A DNA stretch of 64,000 nucleotides, taken from NCBI GenBank assembly GCA_046563655.1, contig CM102289.1:1798001-1862000 (forward strand), written 5' to 3'. This DNA comes from Yuukianura sp. NJ FZ-2021. Lineage: Eukaryota. Position numbers and translations under genes: made by a program. Position 1 is the stretch's first letter; every line of letters begins with the position of its first letter. The notes below the pieces were generated by a model. The model was not told where the DNA came from. It worked only from the letters and a program-made list of their open reading frames with translations, and searched no databases. This document shows, piece after piece, positions 25,519-36,914 of the stretch.

Positions 25519-28402
25519 TTATAGATACCAGTTGAAAAATTTTCGCCTCCGATTTTCTTGAGACTTGAGGTCGACAACTATTGCTTGTGGACTACGCTTT
25601 AGCAAATGTGTCACTTCGTACAGAAAAATCAAAATAGTTAAAAGAATGCAGTACATCAGAATGTAAAAGCCAGTGGCAATGTTTCCCGCCAAATTAATTT
25701 TTTTCGGTAATCCATCCAACCATGCAGAATTCAAATTTTGTTTCAAAATCTCATCCATGATTTCCGGATTGTGAATCTTCCACCACTTCACCCAGAGATC
25801 GTAGATACCAGAGTGGAGCAAAATAGCAAATGTGTTGTACAAGTAATCAGACTTGGTTGGAAATACGTAAGTATCAGAGAACAGAGTTGCATTGCCTTTG
25901 CGAAAGAAAACTCTCTTAATTCCAGAATTCCCGTGATTCGTTTCATCTCTGCGCATCATATTTTCGTAGTTAGCTACAAACATGTTCAAATTCTCTTCTG
26001 ATCCTAAAAATCCCAATCTTTCACACTGGCTGAGGACTTGGGCCATTCGAAACAGGGTGTGGTTGACATGCCATTTGTTCGTAGGTTCCAGTAACACTTC
26101 GCCTATCAGGAAAGATGGCGAAAAATTTGGAAATCTACTTTGATCTGACAGTTTCTTCCATGCAGACCTGCTGGAACTGTTATTCGCCAAATAGTACATC
26201 CATTCACCACATCTGTGGCGAAAGCCATAAGAAGAAAATTGTGATGCGTTTACGCATTCTCCGCTCCTCTTCATGACCTCAACCAACTCATCCCGAGTGT
26301 TATTTGGCATCGTCCCAATGTGGTCGAAAGGTACGCATCCTACGGTAGTGTCGCAGTCACAGAACGTAGATTGGAGTAGTTCAGGATATTTGATGACTTC
26401 CATTGCATAGTTGTTCATGGCTCTTATGCGACTGCCAATTCCATAACTTCCCTCTCCGTCGGCGTACACAAAGAAGTTTACCAGCTGAGGGAAAGTGTGA
26501 TACGTTTGGGTGATGGGTGGAGCAGTGGTTAGATAGGAAACTAAAACATTCGGTTGCAGTGAACCAGACTACTACCCAATGTTAACACTGTAACACTTAT
26601 AACCACATGCAATTAAAACATGCCCACAAGTGGTAAGTTTTAAATATTGGGTTCTGCGAAGTGACGGAAACGATGTTCCCAGTTTTGGTCACTTTTCAAA
26701 ATTTTGAAAATTGAAAAGCAATGTTGCTAGAGCAACCAATTGAAATCTACAAGAGGTTGTACCTACAAGGTAAGAGGGCAGTGGTTTCAAAGGGTGTAGT
26801 TTGGTAGACTGCAACCTAGTATTCCTTTGTATGCATTCGTGAGGACTACAGTAATGAGGAGCCAGAGGCTGAATGCAAATAGTCTCTTTTTGGTTCCTTG
26901 GCGTTCCGGCATTTCCTGACATTGGTCAATTAGGACTGACAGAATCACAACGACTGCTCTGGGAATGTTTTTCAAGTACTGAATGATTTGGCTACAATTG
27001 GTAGCGAAGTGGACATAGGTGACGCTGGACACAAAAAAGATAAGAATAACCAAAATTCCTGCGAGTATTGTCCAGAAGTAGATGTCAAATGGGGCTATGT
27101 AAAATTCGTAGTCGAGTATATCTTTGGTTCCATCGCAAGTTAAAAAGTTGAAGTCAATTGAGCCGAGAACAAAGAGCTTTATGGAGAAGGTAAGTTTAAA
27201 ATTGTCAACACCGAATAGACCGTGGTGGACACCATACCTAGCGATGGATGCCATAATTTGTTGATAAGTGGGCAATTGTTTGTCCGCTTTAGCAGCCTCG
27301 CTTGAATCGTATATTTCCAATCTCTCCACGAGATTCAAATCCATCCACTGCTCAAATTGCAAACCAAGTTTTGACTGTTTGAACGGGCTGCAAAATGAGA
27401 AAAAACGCATTAACATCATGCTAAGAAAACAGAGAGAGAGACAAACAAACGAAAAAATAAGAAAAAACATCGTTTTGTATTTCAAAAATTTCAGAGCTTA
27501 TTGTGCGTTATTAAATTAGATGAAGTGTCGTACGATTTCTGTTGAAGTTCTGGTATCAAAGTGAGATCAACCTTGATAAAATTTTTGGGCGTCAAATATT
27601 TGCTGCGTTCCATACCAACATACACGGTTCTTGCCGCCAAAGTTCCGTTCCGAACGAGTTGATCGAGAACTTCACGCAGTTTCAATTGGTTTTTCTCCGT
27701 TAAATTTCGTCTTAGTTCGTAGTACCTTACGTGATGAACTACACGCGTAATATATGTACTTACGGGCGATACTACAACTACTTTGGATGGCACTTTCCTT
27801 ATCAATCGCTCGTCATACGCAGGTCCCACCGCTAGCACCACTTCAGTTCCATAACATTCCACTTTCGATATTGCCGTGGCTTGGTAAGAAAATAAAAACC
27901 AGCTGAAGTGATGCATGTCTGACACATACGTATTTGAAAATGGTTCGTTTTGAATAATGTTAACATAGATGTTTAGTTCATATGTGTTAAGATGCTTCCT
28001 CTCATTTGACGGGAAACAAGTAGCAGGGTCGTCTGTATTTTTTCCAAAACCTTTCATAATCAAACGAGGGAAGACAACGAAAAATGAGAAGCAGGTCCTG
28101 TGACTTCCAAGATTTTTCCTGTCAAGTTGTGGTCTAAATACTGACATTGCTGGCGAAATTAATTCCTCATTTTGTCCAAAGCAAAACCGTTTTCGTCCGA
28201 TTTGAACGTAGTAGATTTTAGTGGGAACTTCAAATTCCTGCACAATTTCTGGTTGTGTGTTGTTTGGCGCAAGAATAAAATTGTCACAATCAGGAAATGC
28301 ATTGATTAGGATATTTATGTTCAAAATTTTGGTATCACAATTACAAAATGAAAAGTGGAAAAACAAAATCCCACAAAGACGAAAACCAGTTAATACGTTC
28401 AT
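25519..28402 (-). CDS. Divergent ionotropic-receptor-like membrane protein (~820 aa, 3 exons)
   Basis: Exons 28402-27534, 27387-26816 and 26540-25519 join in frame. It has a signal peptide, FNFLTCD, FYIAPFDIYFW, LWLLITVVLTNAYKGIL, HSGIYDLW and a C-terminal TM, and shares AFPDC with the + strand paralog. Confidence 0.78.
26552..26816. mobile_element. Degenerate TIR element forming intron 2 of the - strand IR gene (introner-like)
   Basis: Imperfect inverted repeats GGTTGCAGTGAACCAGACTACTACCC (26552-26577) and the reverse complement of 26792-26816, GGTTGCAGTCTACCAAACTAC-ACCC, match at 22 of 26 positions. The splice donor lies in the TIR terminus. Confidence 0.65.
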
Positions 28403-29014
28403 TTTCTGAAAAATAAATTACAAAAAAAGTTCAAGATTGAACTTCAAATGCTGACGACGTGACGTTGGCTGATTAAATGATGAGTTCCACGCCCAATTTC
28501 GATCTGGCACACAGAAAAATTTTTTAGTTGAAATGGTGATCATCTTAAGTCGATCGCATGTCGCAAAGAAAATATTCGCGTGTTCCAATAAAATAAATTA
28601 GCTTTCTCTACTTTACAATCACCACAAAAAACTTGAAGAAATTTTCCTTTATCCTTCACCTCGTAAAAATACGGAGTTAAATTAAAAATTATGTAGCAAA
28701 TGTTAGGTTGCCTGTTTGCAAACTGTTTACCGGACACAAAGAATATTAGAACCACCAATATTTCAGTGAGTATTGTCAAAAAGTCGAAGTTAGAAAAGAA
28801 TCCGTAATTGAGGATATCCTACATTCCATTCCACGTTAAAAAGTAGATTTAAGTGATTAACTCAAGAGTGATGCGTTGACTAACCTAACCTCCACCGTCA
28901 GAGATAAAATCACACAAAGATGAATGATCTTTCATTTCATTTCCCCAAAAAATTTTGAGATGAAAATATCTCATGTGAATGTTGATGTTTCTTGTTTCAA
29001 GGAAATGGGAGCAC

Positions 29015-29765
29015 GCCATTTCAACGAATGAATTACAACGAAGTGAATTACCCCGAATGAATTTCCCCGAAACCAATCACAACGAAAGTTGAATTACCCC
29101 GAAGCGAATTACAACGAAAGTTCAATTACAACGAAAGTCCAATTGCAACGAAAGTCCAATTACAACGAAAGTCAAATTACAACGAAAGTTGAATCACAAC
29201 GAAAGTTACTTCCAGGGGTAAATATATAATGTTTCTGAAAAAAAATGAGGAATGAAATATCGTGACCTAGAAGTCCGCCTTCTCGACATTGTTCAAAATT
29301 TTGGAAATATGCCTGGCTCGGACTACCTTTTAGGAATCGCACACAATATAGGTTTCTATGTTTAGATTTTGTTTAGGTTATTCAGATTGTGTTGTTTAGA
29401 ATTTTTAGTAGTTTTTGGGTTTTATAGGCTAAGATTTAGTTAATTCTTCGACAATCAACTCAATTGTTTTTTTTACAAGATCATCTAAATTGTTTTTTTT
29501 ACAAGATCATTGAATCCTTTTTCAAAATAAATCATCATTGTTGCTTATAACTAAGGAAAACCCCATTTCAGAACAATTCAGAATTTTTTTCGTTGTAATT
29601 GGACTTTCGTTGTAATTTGACTTTCGTTGTAATTGGACTTTCGTTGTAGTTGGACTTTCGTTGTAATTGGACTTTCGTTGTAATTGGACTTTCGTTGTAA
29701 TTCGCTTCGGGGTAATTCAACTTTCGTTGTAATTGGTTTCGGAGAAATTCATTCGTTGAAATGGC
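29015..29765. mobile_element. Foldback-like MITE with arms of inverted ~17-bp tandem repeats
   Basis: It has a 20-bp TIR GCCATTTCAACGAATGAATT (29015-29034, inverse 29746-29765). The left arm repeats AATTACAACGAAAGTCC (~29030-29207) and the right arm repeats its reverse complement (~29588-29735). Confidence 0.85.
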
Positions 29766-29774
29766 ATGGAACCA

Positions 29775-30098
29775 TAGATGCGGCATTACCGTTAATCTTC
29801 GGTAATTTGGGCATATACTGAAGCATGCGAAATTCAGCTTTTTCGTATTTTTTGTCAAAATAATCTCACTCCGTATTATAGGTAAAATAATGAATTTAAA
29901 TTTGATCAAACAATAAACCAAAGTGAAGAAAAAATACAGATTCAGTGTGAATTGCAATTCCTTTTCCATAAAAAAATGGGCTCCATATGCTTTACATGTA
30001 AAATTAGCATTATCGGTTAACCGGTAATAGAAGCCAACAATTACCGGTAATTAGCGATTACCGATACTAGCGAAACATTACCGGTAATAGGAACCCTA
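29775..30098. mobile_element. Degenerate MITE with ATTACCGGTAAT subterminal palindromes
   Basis: The left end TAGATGCGGCATTACCGTTAAT resembles the reverse complement of the right end, TAGGGTTCCTATTACCGGTAAT. Several ATTACCGGTAAT-like motifs occur at 30010-30088. Confidence 0.4.
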
Positions 30099-30750
30099 AC
30101 TATGTTGCAAATTTCGTGTATATAGAGATGTCTGTAGTTGTTCGAATTAAAGTTTTAGAAGTTCAAGGATCTCATTACGAGTTTAGTAGATGTTTTATTC
30201 CACATCTAAAACATCTCAAACAAACAATGCGTGGGAAGAAACAACATTTTACAATGTATAACCCTGAATGTTATAATTTAGCGTTCCGGAAAAAAAAACA
30301 AATTTTCCAACCCCAATTACTGAAAACAAAAATACTCATCAAAAAATGTTATAAACTTGTTTATTGATAGGATAACTGATTCCATTTCTCATGTAATTAG
30401 CGGAGCTTCAATCATTGCTTTTAATTTCATGGAAAATTTCAAGACAAACTGCTTGTAAAGGAAGTTCCAAATCCGAAAACAGAATTGAAAATTCTCACAC
30501 ACTTGAATGCCAATTTTAGTAATCTAGAAGCTCATGGCTACAATATGCGAAGGAAGACTATTGATGCAACTATGTCTGTCTGTCTGTCACCTACTGTAGA
30601 ACTGGCTGCACTCAAACATCAGCCTTATGGAGAGAAATGACTCCTTTGTCCTAGCATTTGTAGGCATATCGTCCACACTACTGTGACAAACGCACTGCAA
30701 ATTTTTTAGGATTTGAACTAATATGTAAATCGCTCCTTCATGATAATCAG

Positions 30751-31722
30751 AGAGGGGCAAAAAATATGTTGTTAAAACCGGTGAAATATGTATTTAAATA
30801 TGTACTAAAAACCAGTGAAATATTTACTAAAATATTTTTTATTTCACGAAATATTGTTTATTTTCGGGTCTTAAAACACCATATTTCTCGGAAAAGTACA
30901 AAATATACGTATTTTATGGATTATGCGGGTGTACTTCGCGTGTAACACAGCTGTGGCACATTGGGAAAAAGGAACCAAAAAGGCGACAAGGTTTTACATG
31001 TGTTTAAATGGGATTTCTTGTCGCATTTTTTTCTCCTATTTCCCAACGTGTGTGGTGGCAAAATAACAGCCAACTTTTTGCGCTACACAATTTTTTTTTT
31101 CAATTTTGATCCAATTTCTTCGAAAAAGTTGAGAATTTTTAGAACACCCAAGAATCAGTGTTCATGGATGTCCACTTTTGTGACATTTCGTCCAGTGGAT
31201 AATATATTTCATCCGGTTTTGCCCGGAAGAAATGGCCAAATCAAATGGATAGAAATGGATACATCCGGATACTTCCACCTAAGTTGTTGTGGGTGGAAGA
31301 AATATTTTGTCCATCATAATATTGCCTTGACTAGGTTTTCCAACGTATGCGATTTTGTTGGGAAAAATTAAAGTTGTATAAAATATTTAAAGTGAAAAAT
31401 TGCATTTCCTGGGGTACATTTAGCGAAACGTTTAATCATTCATTTAACATTTAACATTTAACATTCGAAAATAATTCCTTTTTGGTCAAGATGTCACTTG
31501 CAGAGATCTGAGGAAAACATAACGTAAACTATATATCTCCACCCACACTCTTGGCAAAATTTGCCTAAAATGTCCAAAATTGTTAAAAATTTGCCGAAAA
31601 TGCTTCCTTTTTGGCAAATTCTACGAATATTTTCCTAAATATTTTTTATATTTTTTTTCGAGAAATATTTTTTTAAAATATAAAAGTATGTAATATGTAA
31701 GAAAATATGTTTTGCCCCTCTG
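30751..31722. mobile_element. Probable non-autonomous TIR element (~970 bp)
   Basis: AGAGGGGCAAAAAATATGTT (30751-30770) pairs with AAAATATGTTTTGCCCCTCTG (31702-31722) as an inverted repeat. There are AAATAT-rich subterminal repeats at both ends. No TSD seen. Confidence 0.55.
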
Positions 31723-32189
31723 AAATGCACACGGACAATTAGACATCTCCAATTATCTATTCTTACGAGTGACTTGCGGTCATCCCTTGAGCACTACCCT
31801 TCGTTGTTGTTTTTTTTCTTGGTAATTAAGCGGAGCAGTAGAATAATAAGCAATTACTCGAGTTACGTATTTCCCATAGATCTTGATTGGTATTTTCGCC
31901 GTAAATTTTCTGTTCTGCCATAACAACACTCTTTCTGCAAAACTTCCATCTTGAAGAAGGTGATACAATCTTCGTCAACCTTGAATAAATAATTCTGTAC
32001 CAATGCGTATGCCAGTTCATTAGTTCAGGTGACTTACTTGTTCACTACTGTGCATGACTGGGTTTATTCTGTTTCTGGGTAGCTTGAGGTACAAATCAAA
32101 GAACTGTAAAAAAAAACTACGTTATACTATTAGTATATTATATTTTTACTCTTAGCCTCACTTTTTCAAAAACGTTCCCCAAAATTGAA

Positions 32190-34019
32190 ATGATTATACA
32201 AAAGCTTGTTCTCAACTGTTTGGCATTCCCTCCATTTCTATTGCTTTTAGTGATTGCATTCCCATTTCTAGCCATTCTTTGGTTACACCGCATCATCGTC
32301 ACTTTAATTTTGAAACCTTTGTTCCGGAGAGACTTGAAAAAGGCCATTTCTGGCATTGAATTGATCTACTCATTTGAAAAGTATTGGAATGGAACGCGAG
32401 AGGCAATTTCAATGGTGCATGTCGTTCAAGGGACGCTGGATGTAGAAAAAGTGAAACAACGGCTGACTGACGTGATTTTGTACAAAAGACTCAGCACTCC
32501 AGAAGAAATTTTAAACTACGACCGTCTCACGACGCTTCACCCGTTAAAGTGGATGGGTTTCGTTTTTTGGAAGGTCAGTTCTGAAAAATTCGATTTAGAG
32601 AAGCATGTTTGTGTGGTCGACACAAACACAACTACGGAAAATTTCAGCGTTAATAGAACACTGGTCGAATGGCTCAGAAGTCCATTTCCGAAGGATCGTC
32701 CTGTATGGAGTGCAATAATTATTCCAGGTATTTAGTGAAAGTCAATGTTTAAATCTATTAGTGAAAGTTTAGTGAAATCTCTTATATTTGTATACTATAC
32801 ATGTATATTTTGATACTTCAAATTTGTTGTTCAGGTTACAGAAATGAGCAGGATGAGCAGAAGTCACTTGTTGCGTTCCGAGTTCATCACGTTGTGTCCG
32901 ACGGTTACTCAATGGTAGACTTTATCGGACGACTCTACGACGAACCTCACAAGAACAACTCACCTACGCGGACTGTCAACATATACACTGACATCATTCA
33001 GCAACTATTTTGGTCACCACTTACCGTGTTCAACCTGGTAAACACTTACGCCGTCAAAACCGTTGCTGCAAATCTCCCCACCTCATTCAAGAATTGGTTA
33101 CGAAACAACACAACTTCAACTGGACGGCAAAAAATGACTTTGATCACAACACATTTTGACCTCAACGAACTCAAAGCTCTCCGAAAAAGTTTAAGCAAAA
33201 ACTTTCAAAAACAAGTTACATTTGCTACGCTGATTTGGTTCCTATTGGCTGGAGCTCTTCGACGGTTGTACCGCAGTGGCCACTTTGATGCGGCTAAAGC
33301 AAAAATGATTACACGCAAAGGACAGCTCAAATTTAATGTCGGCTACGGTACGCCAAGGCGCTCACCTCATCCACTTCGCTCATTTTGCAACCATTGGTGA
33401 GGCCAATAAATATTTTACATGACACTACATTACAAATATGCCTAATTAATATATCTTTTTTAATAAATTTTTAAATTTTGTTTACGTATTTATGAATAGG
33501 GCTATGAACAACTACAGCGTGCCGTTTGGACATGAAACAAGCCAGGAACGACTAAGGCAGATGATCCAAACTTATTCTTGGCGCGAAACTTCAAAAATTG
33601 GTGACATGGATACCTGGTTACACGCAGTTGTAACAAACGTCCTGCCAAATTCCTTCCTTTCCATGATTATCGAGGCAGCAACGCCTAGCGTCATTGGACT
33701 TACAAATCTTCCTGGATCACAAACTTTAGTTCACTTGTGTGGTGCTAAAGTGGAGGAAATTTATGAACTGACTGGACTACTCTACAAACGATACAGTAAA
33801 ATTACTTAAGTAATTACAAAATTTCTAACCAATTTATGCTAAAGTAATTTTCGTATGCTCAAAGGTTTTACACTTGGATGCTACTCATACAACGATCGGC
33901 TTGGAGTGACGCTTTTATCTGATGCCGAAATCTTGAATGACAAAGCATCTGAGAAGTTGCTCAAAACCTACTTTCGTGAAGAAATTAACGAACTCACTGC
34001 GAAGTACTTAAATCCTTGA
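32190..34019 (+). CDS. Wax ester synthase/diacylglycerol acyltransferase (WS/DGAT, WSD1-like O-acyltransferase; ~516 aa)
   Basis: Exons 32190-32727, 32835-33396, 33500-33795 and 33865-34019 join in frame. It has an N-terminal TM, FDLEKHV, PFPKDRPVW, the catalytic HHxxxDG (RVHHVVSDG), and C-terminal TNLPG and YSYND motifs. Confidence 0.85.
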
Positions 34020-34378
34020 ATACAAACCCACTCGAGTGATTTAAACTAGGCAGATTCGTGACTATAAAATATTGTGATTTTTTTCAATTATTAACATTTA
34101 CTTAATGAATTTTTTTAAATCCTGTTCTAGCTTTACGTTAGTTGGAATATAGCAATGACATTTTGTTCCAGTCCTTCGATTTGAGAAAAATTTGGATTCA
34201 AATTATTACAACAGGTATGGATTCAGTTTCGGTAAAAATTGTTTCTGTTATGGAGTGAGTGATGTGAATTTGCAAAGTGCAGGTTTGAATTTGAATGTAA
34301 TAAAGTTTTTTCAATTATAACTTTTACAATGTAAATTATTAAATGTGACATTGAATGAGTGCTGAATAAAATATCATT

Positions 34379-35651
34379 TTAAAATGCTAAGAGGAGATTT
34401 ATAATTGGTGAAATAACTACTTCAGACCAAACGAACAAAATGAATTCTCTTGTTTCAAGGGACGCAAAACCTCCAATACACATGCGCAATGGAGTCATGC
34501 TCTTCCAAAATTTTGATTCATATTTTGAATAGGAGTTTCTTGCTTGGTGACGAGCCATTTCAATTAAACTTTTAGACAAAATGTTGTGATCAGTTGAAAT
34601 GGACAAAAGGAGGGCTGCCCATACTATACCAACCACATCGGCAGTAGCAATAACAAAAAGAAGAACAGAAAAGTAGCCACTTGCACGAATTACGAAAAAC
34701 GAGTAAATGACAATACCCGTGAAACCATTAATTAGATATAGAGTAATTGTAGTACCTCCAAAAGCTACCTCAAATGCTTTACCAATTACTTTAACTTCCA
34801 AATACTCCGATGTTTTCCTACGAGGTCCAAGATAATTTCCTTCATTCTCCCGGCGCAGTTTACTATAAAAAAAAATAAAAAAAAATACTTTAAATTTATT
34901 TTTAAAAAATACAAAAATGGTTCGATTATTAAAACTAAAAGCAGTAACCACAGTACAAATTTTACTCCGCCTACCCGACCATTCGGAGATCCCTCAGAAG
35001 TTGACGAGTTGTGAACAAATATAAAAAGATCCAGTGAAACACCGTAACAAGATTAACCAATGCATGACCCATTCCAACTGCAATACCAGAAAATGCAATA
35101 AGTTGTAGAATTGACTCTGGAATGCTGAATTGTGAAGCAATAAGTGCCAGTATATTGTGAATTGTGGTGAACAACCCAGGTAATGCCCATGATGCTGCGT
35201 ATACGAATGGCAGGAAAAGAAGCGGATACATTATTGATGCAAAACAGAAGAGGAAACATAGCATTTCAAAAGATCGCGGCAATTTTCTGGATAGACAGAA
35301 CTTGGTATCGAGAGTAATGTTTGTGACCTTGATGCAGCGTTGTCGTGTAGTCGGAATAAGTAGAATCCATTGTGACATATGCTGCATATTAAATACACTG
35401 TTTAGACCAAAAGCAATTATTTTTTCAAATTTTGTCGTATCACCAATAGCTGTTTCGTAGTACCAACATGCTATAAATGTCCCAACAAAAACTGTAGAAA
35501 ATACTCCAAACACCTTGTACACTGTGTTGCTTTTAGTGTAAACAATAGTATCAGGCAGTCCATGTCCAAAATGATATGTTACAGGAACGTAGTGCATAAA
35601 TGTTGTCCAAGTATACATTAACCTTACCCATAAATTCGTTCGATCCTTCAT
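34379..35651 (-). CDS. Gustatory-receptor-like multi-pass chemoreceptor, paralog 2 (~386 aa)
   Basis: Exons 35651-34975 and 34862-34379 join in frame. It has the same intron position as 12828-14088 and high similarity to it (DRTNLWVRLMYTW, GDTTKFEK, FWKSMTPLR). Confidence 0.72.
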
Positions 35652-36380
35652 AATGCCTTGACTTTTATGAAATTTTGAATAAAAACTTGTTTAATAGCAA
35701 AACAAAAAAAAAACTACGACTTAGGGCTACTACGATTTGACTAGAATGGTTTTATTTAGCGATTGCTAGGTTGTGTGTTCAACGCATGCAAATCGTACTA
35801 AAGCTGCAGCAAGTAATTTATAGGAGAAACGCCAAATCAAACAAAGTGATTTAATTGATTGATAAAGACGCTTTTGTTTTTCAAGTCTGTCCAAACATTT
35901 CAAAATATTGATAATATCTTTGCTAACTATTGCAAAATTGAAGGTCATAAGAAATTGAGAATGTGTTTCTAAATGTCAAGGTTTAAGAACTTGTTGAAAA
36001 TTTTGCTTATATGCGTGTTCTTTTCATATGCGTCTCATAATGCCTCGACTTTTAAGTAATTTTGAGTAAATAATTTACAATTTAACATTTCACGGTTTTA
36101 CTTCAGCAATAAATGTGTTCTGTTTGTTTTTAGGATTAAATAAGTATTTTTCTTTAGCAGGTTAGACAATTACTCTATCTTTAAATAAATCGCAAAGAAA
36201 AAAAATCAACCAATTGGAGTTATTGCCTAACACGACAATTTCTTTGTTTATCAGCGTTGCTTTTCTCAATCATGTTTGTGGAAACATTTCAAAAAACTGT
36301 AGTTTCTTTGCTAACTGTTGCTAAATCGAAGGTAATGGGTATTTGAGAATGTTCTCAGAAAAATTCAAGCTTTAATAACT
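35649..36380. repeat. Diverged ~390-bp tandem duplication of the GR paralog 2 upstream region
   Basis: CATAATGCCTTGACTTTT at 35649 corresponds to CATAATGCCTCGACTTTT at 36036. TCTTTGCTAACT...GAAGGT...TTGAGAATG is present in both copies. Confidence 0.65.
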
Positions 36381-36914
36381 TTGTTTTTGTAAACTTTAAA
36401 TATGCCGTAACTGCCCCGAAATCAAACCGTAAGAAATAGTTTAAACACATTGCAATTGTAAGTCAGATTTGAAGCTGCTGCCTGTTAGGTTCAATTACGT
36501 TAAGAAAACAATGGAGGGTCACAATTTTAGAACAATGGAATTTGGATGGACCCAGCTTTTTTTAGATTTTGAGCAAAACTATGATGAAGCTACAGAAATT
36601 TTTTCGTGTGCTAAGACAAACCAAACTATTAAAAGACTAAAAACTATTCAAGTTTGCTCATTTGAAGACAAGACACGAAGCTGACAGGAAACTTGCGTAA
36701 TTTTTGTTTTGGTTTGCAAATTTTTATTTCCAAATTCCAATTATTGAATTGCACAGCAAAATCTATACAAGTATCATTTCAGGAAGCAGGTATCTCGCTA
36801 ACGTATACTTCTCAGCTTTTCCATTCTAATATTTAAATTTTACAAGACTTTAAAGAGCCAATTTGCATACAAAAAAGAAACTTATTTTTCTCTGCAATTT
36901 AGACAAATTGAAGA

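Noticed and set aside
29568..29969. 133-aa ORF with NYNESPITTKV repeats
   Set aside because: It is a by-product of the 17-bp tandem repeat arm of the foldback element.
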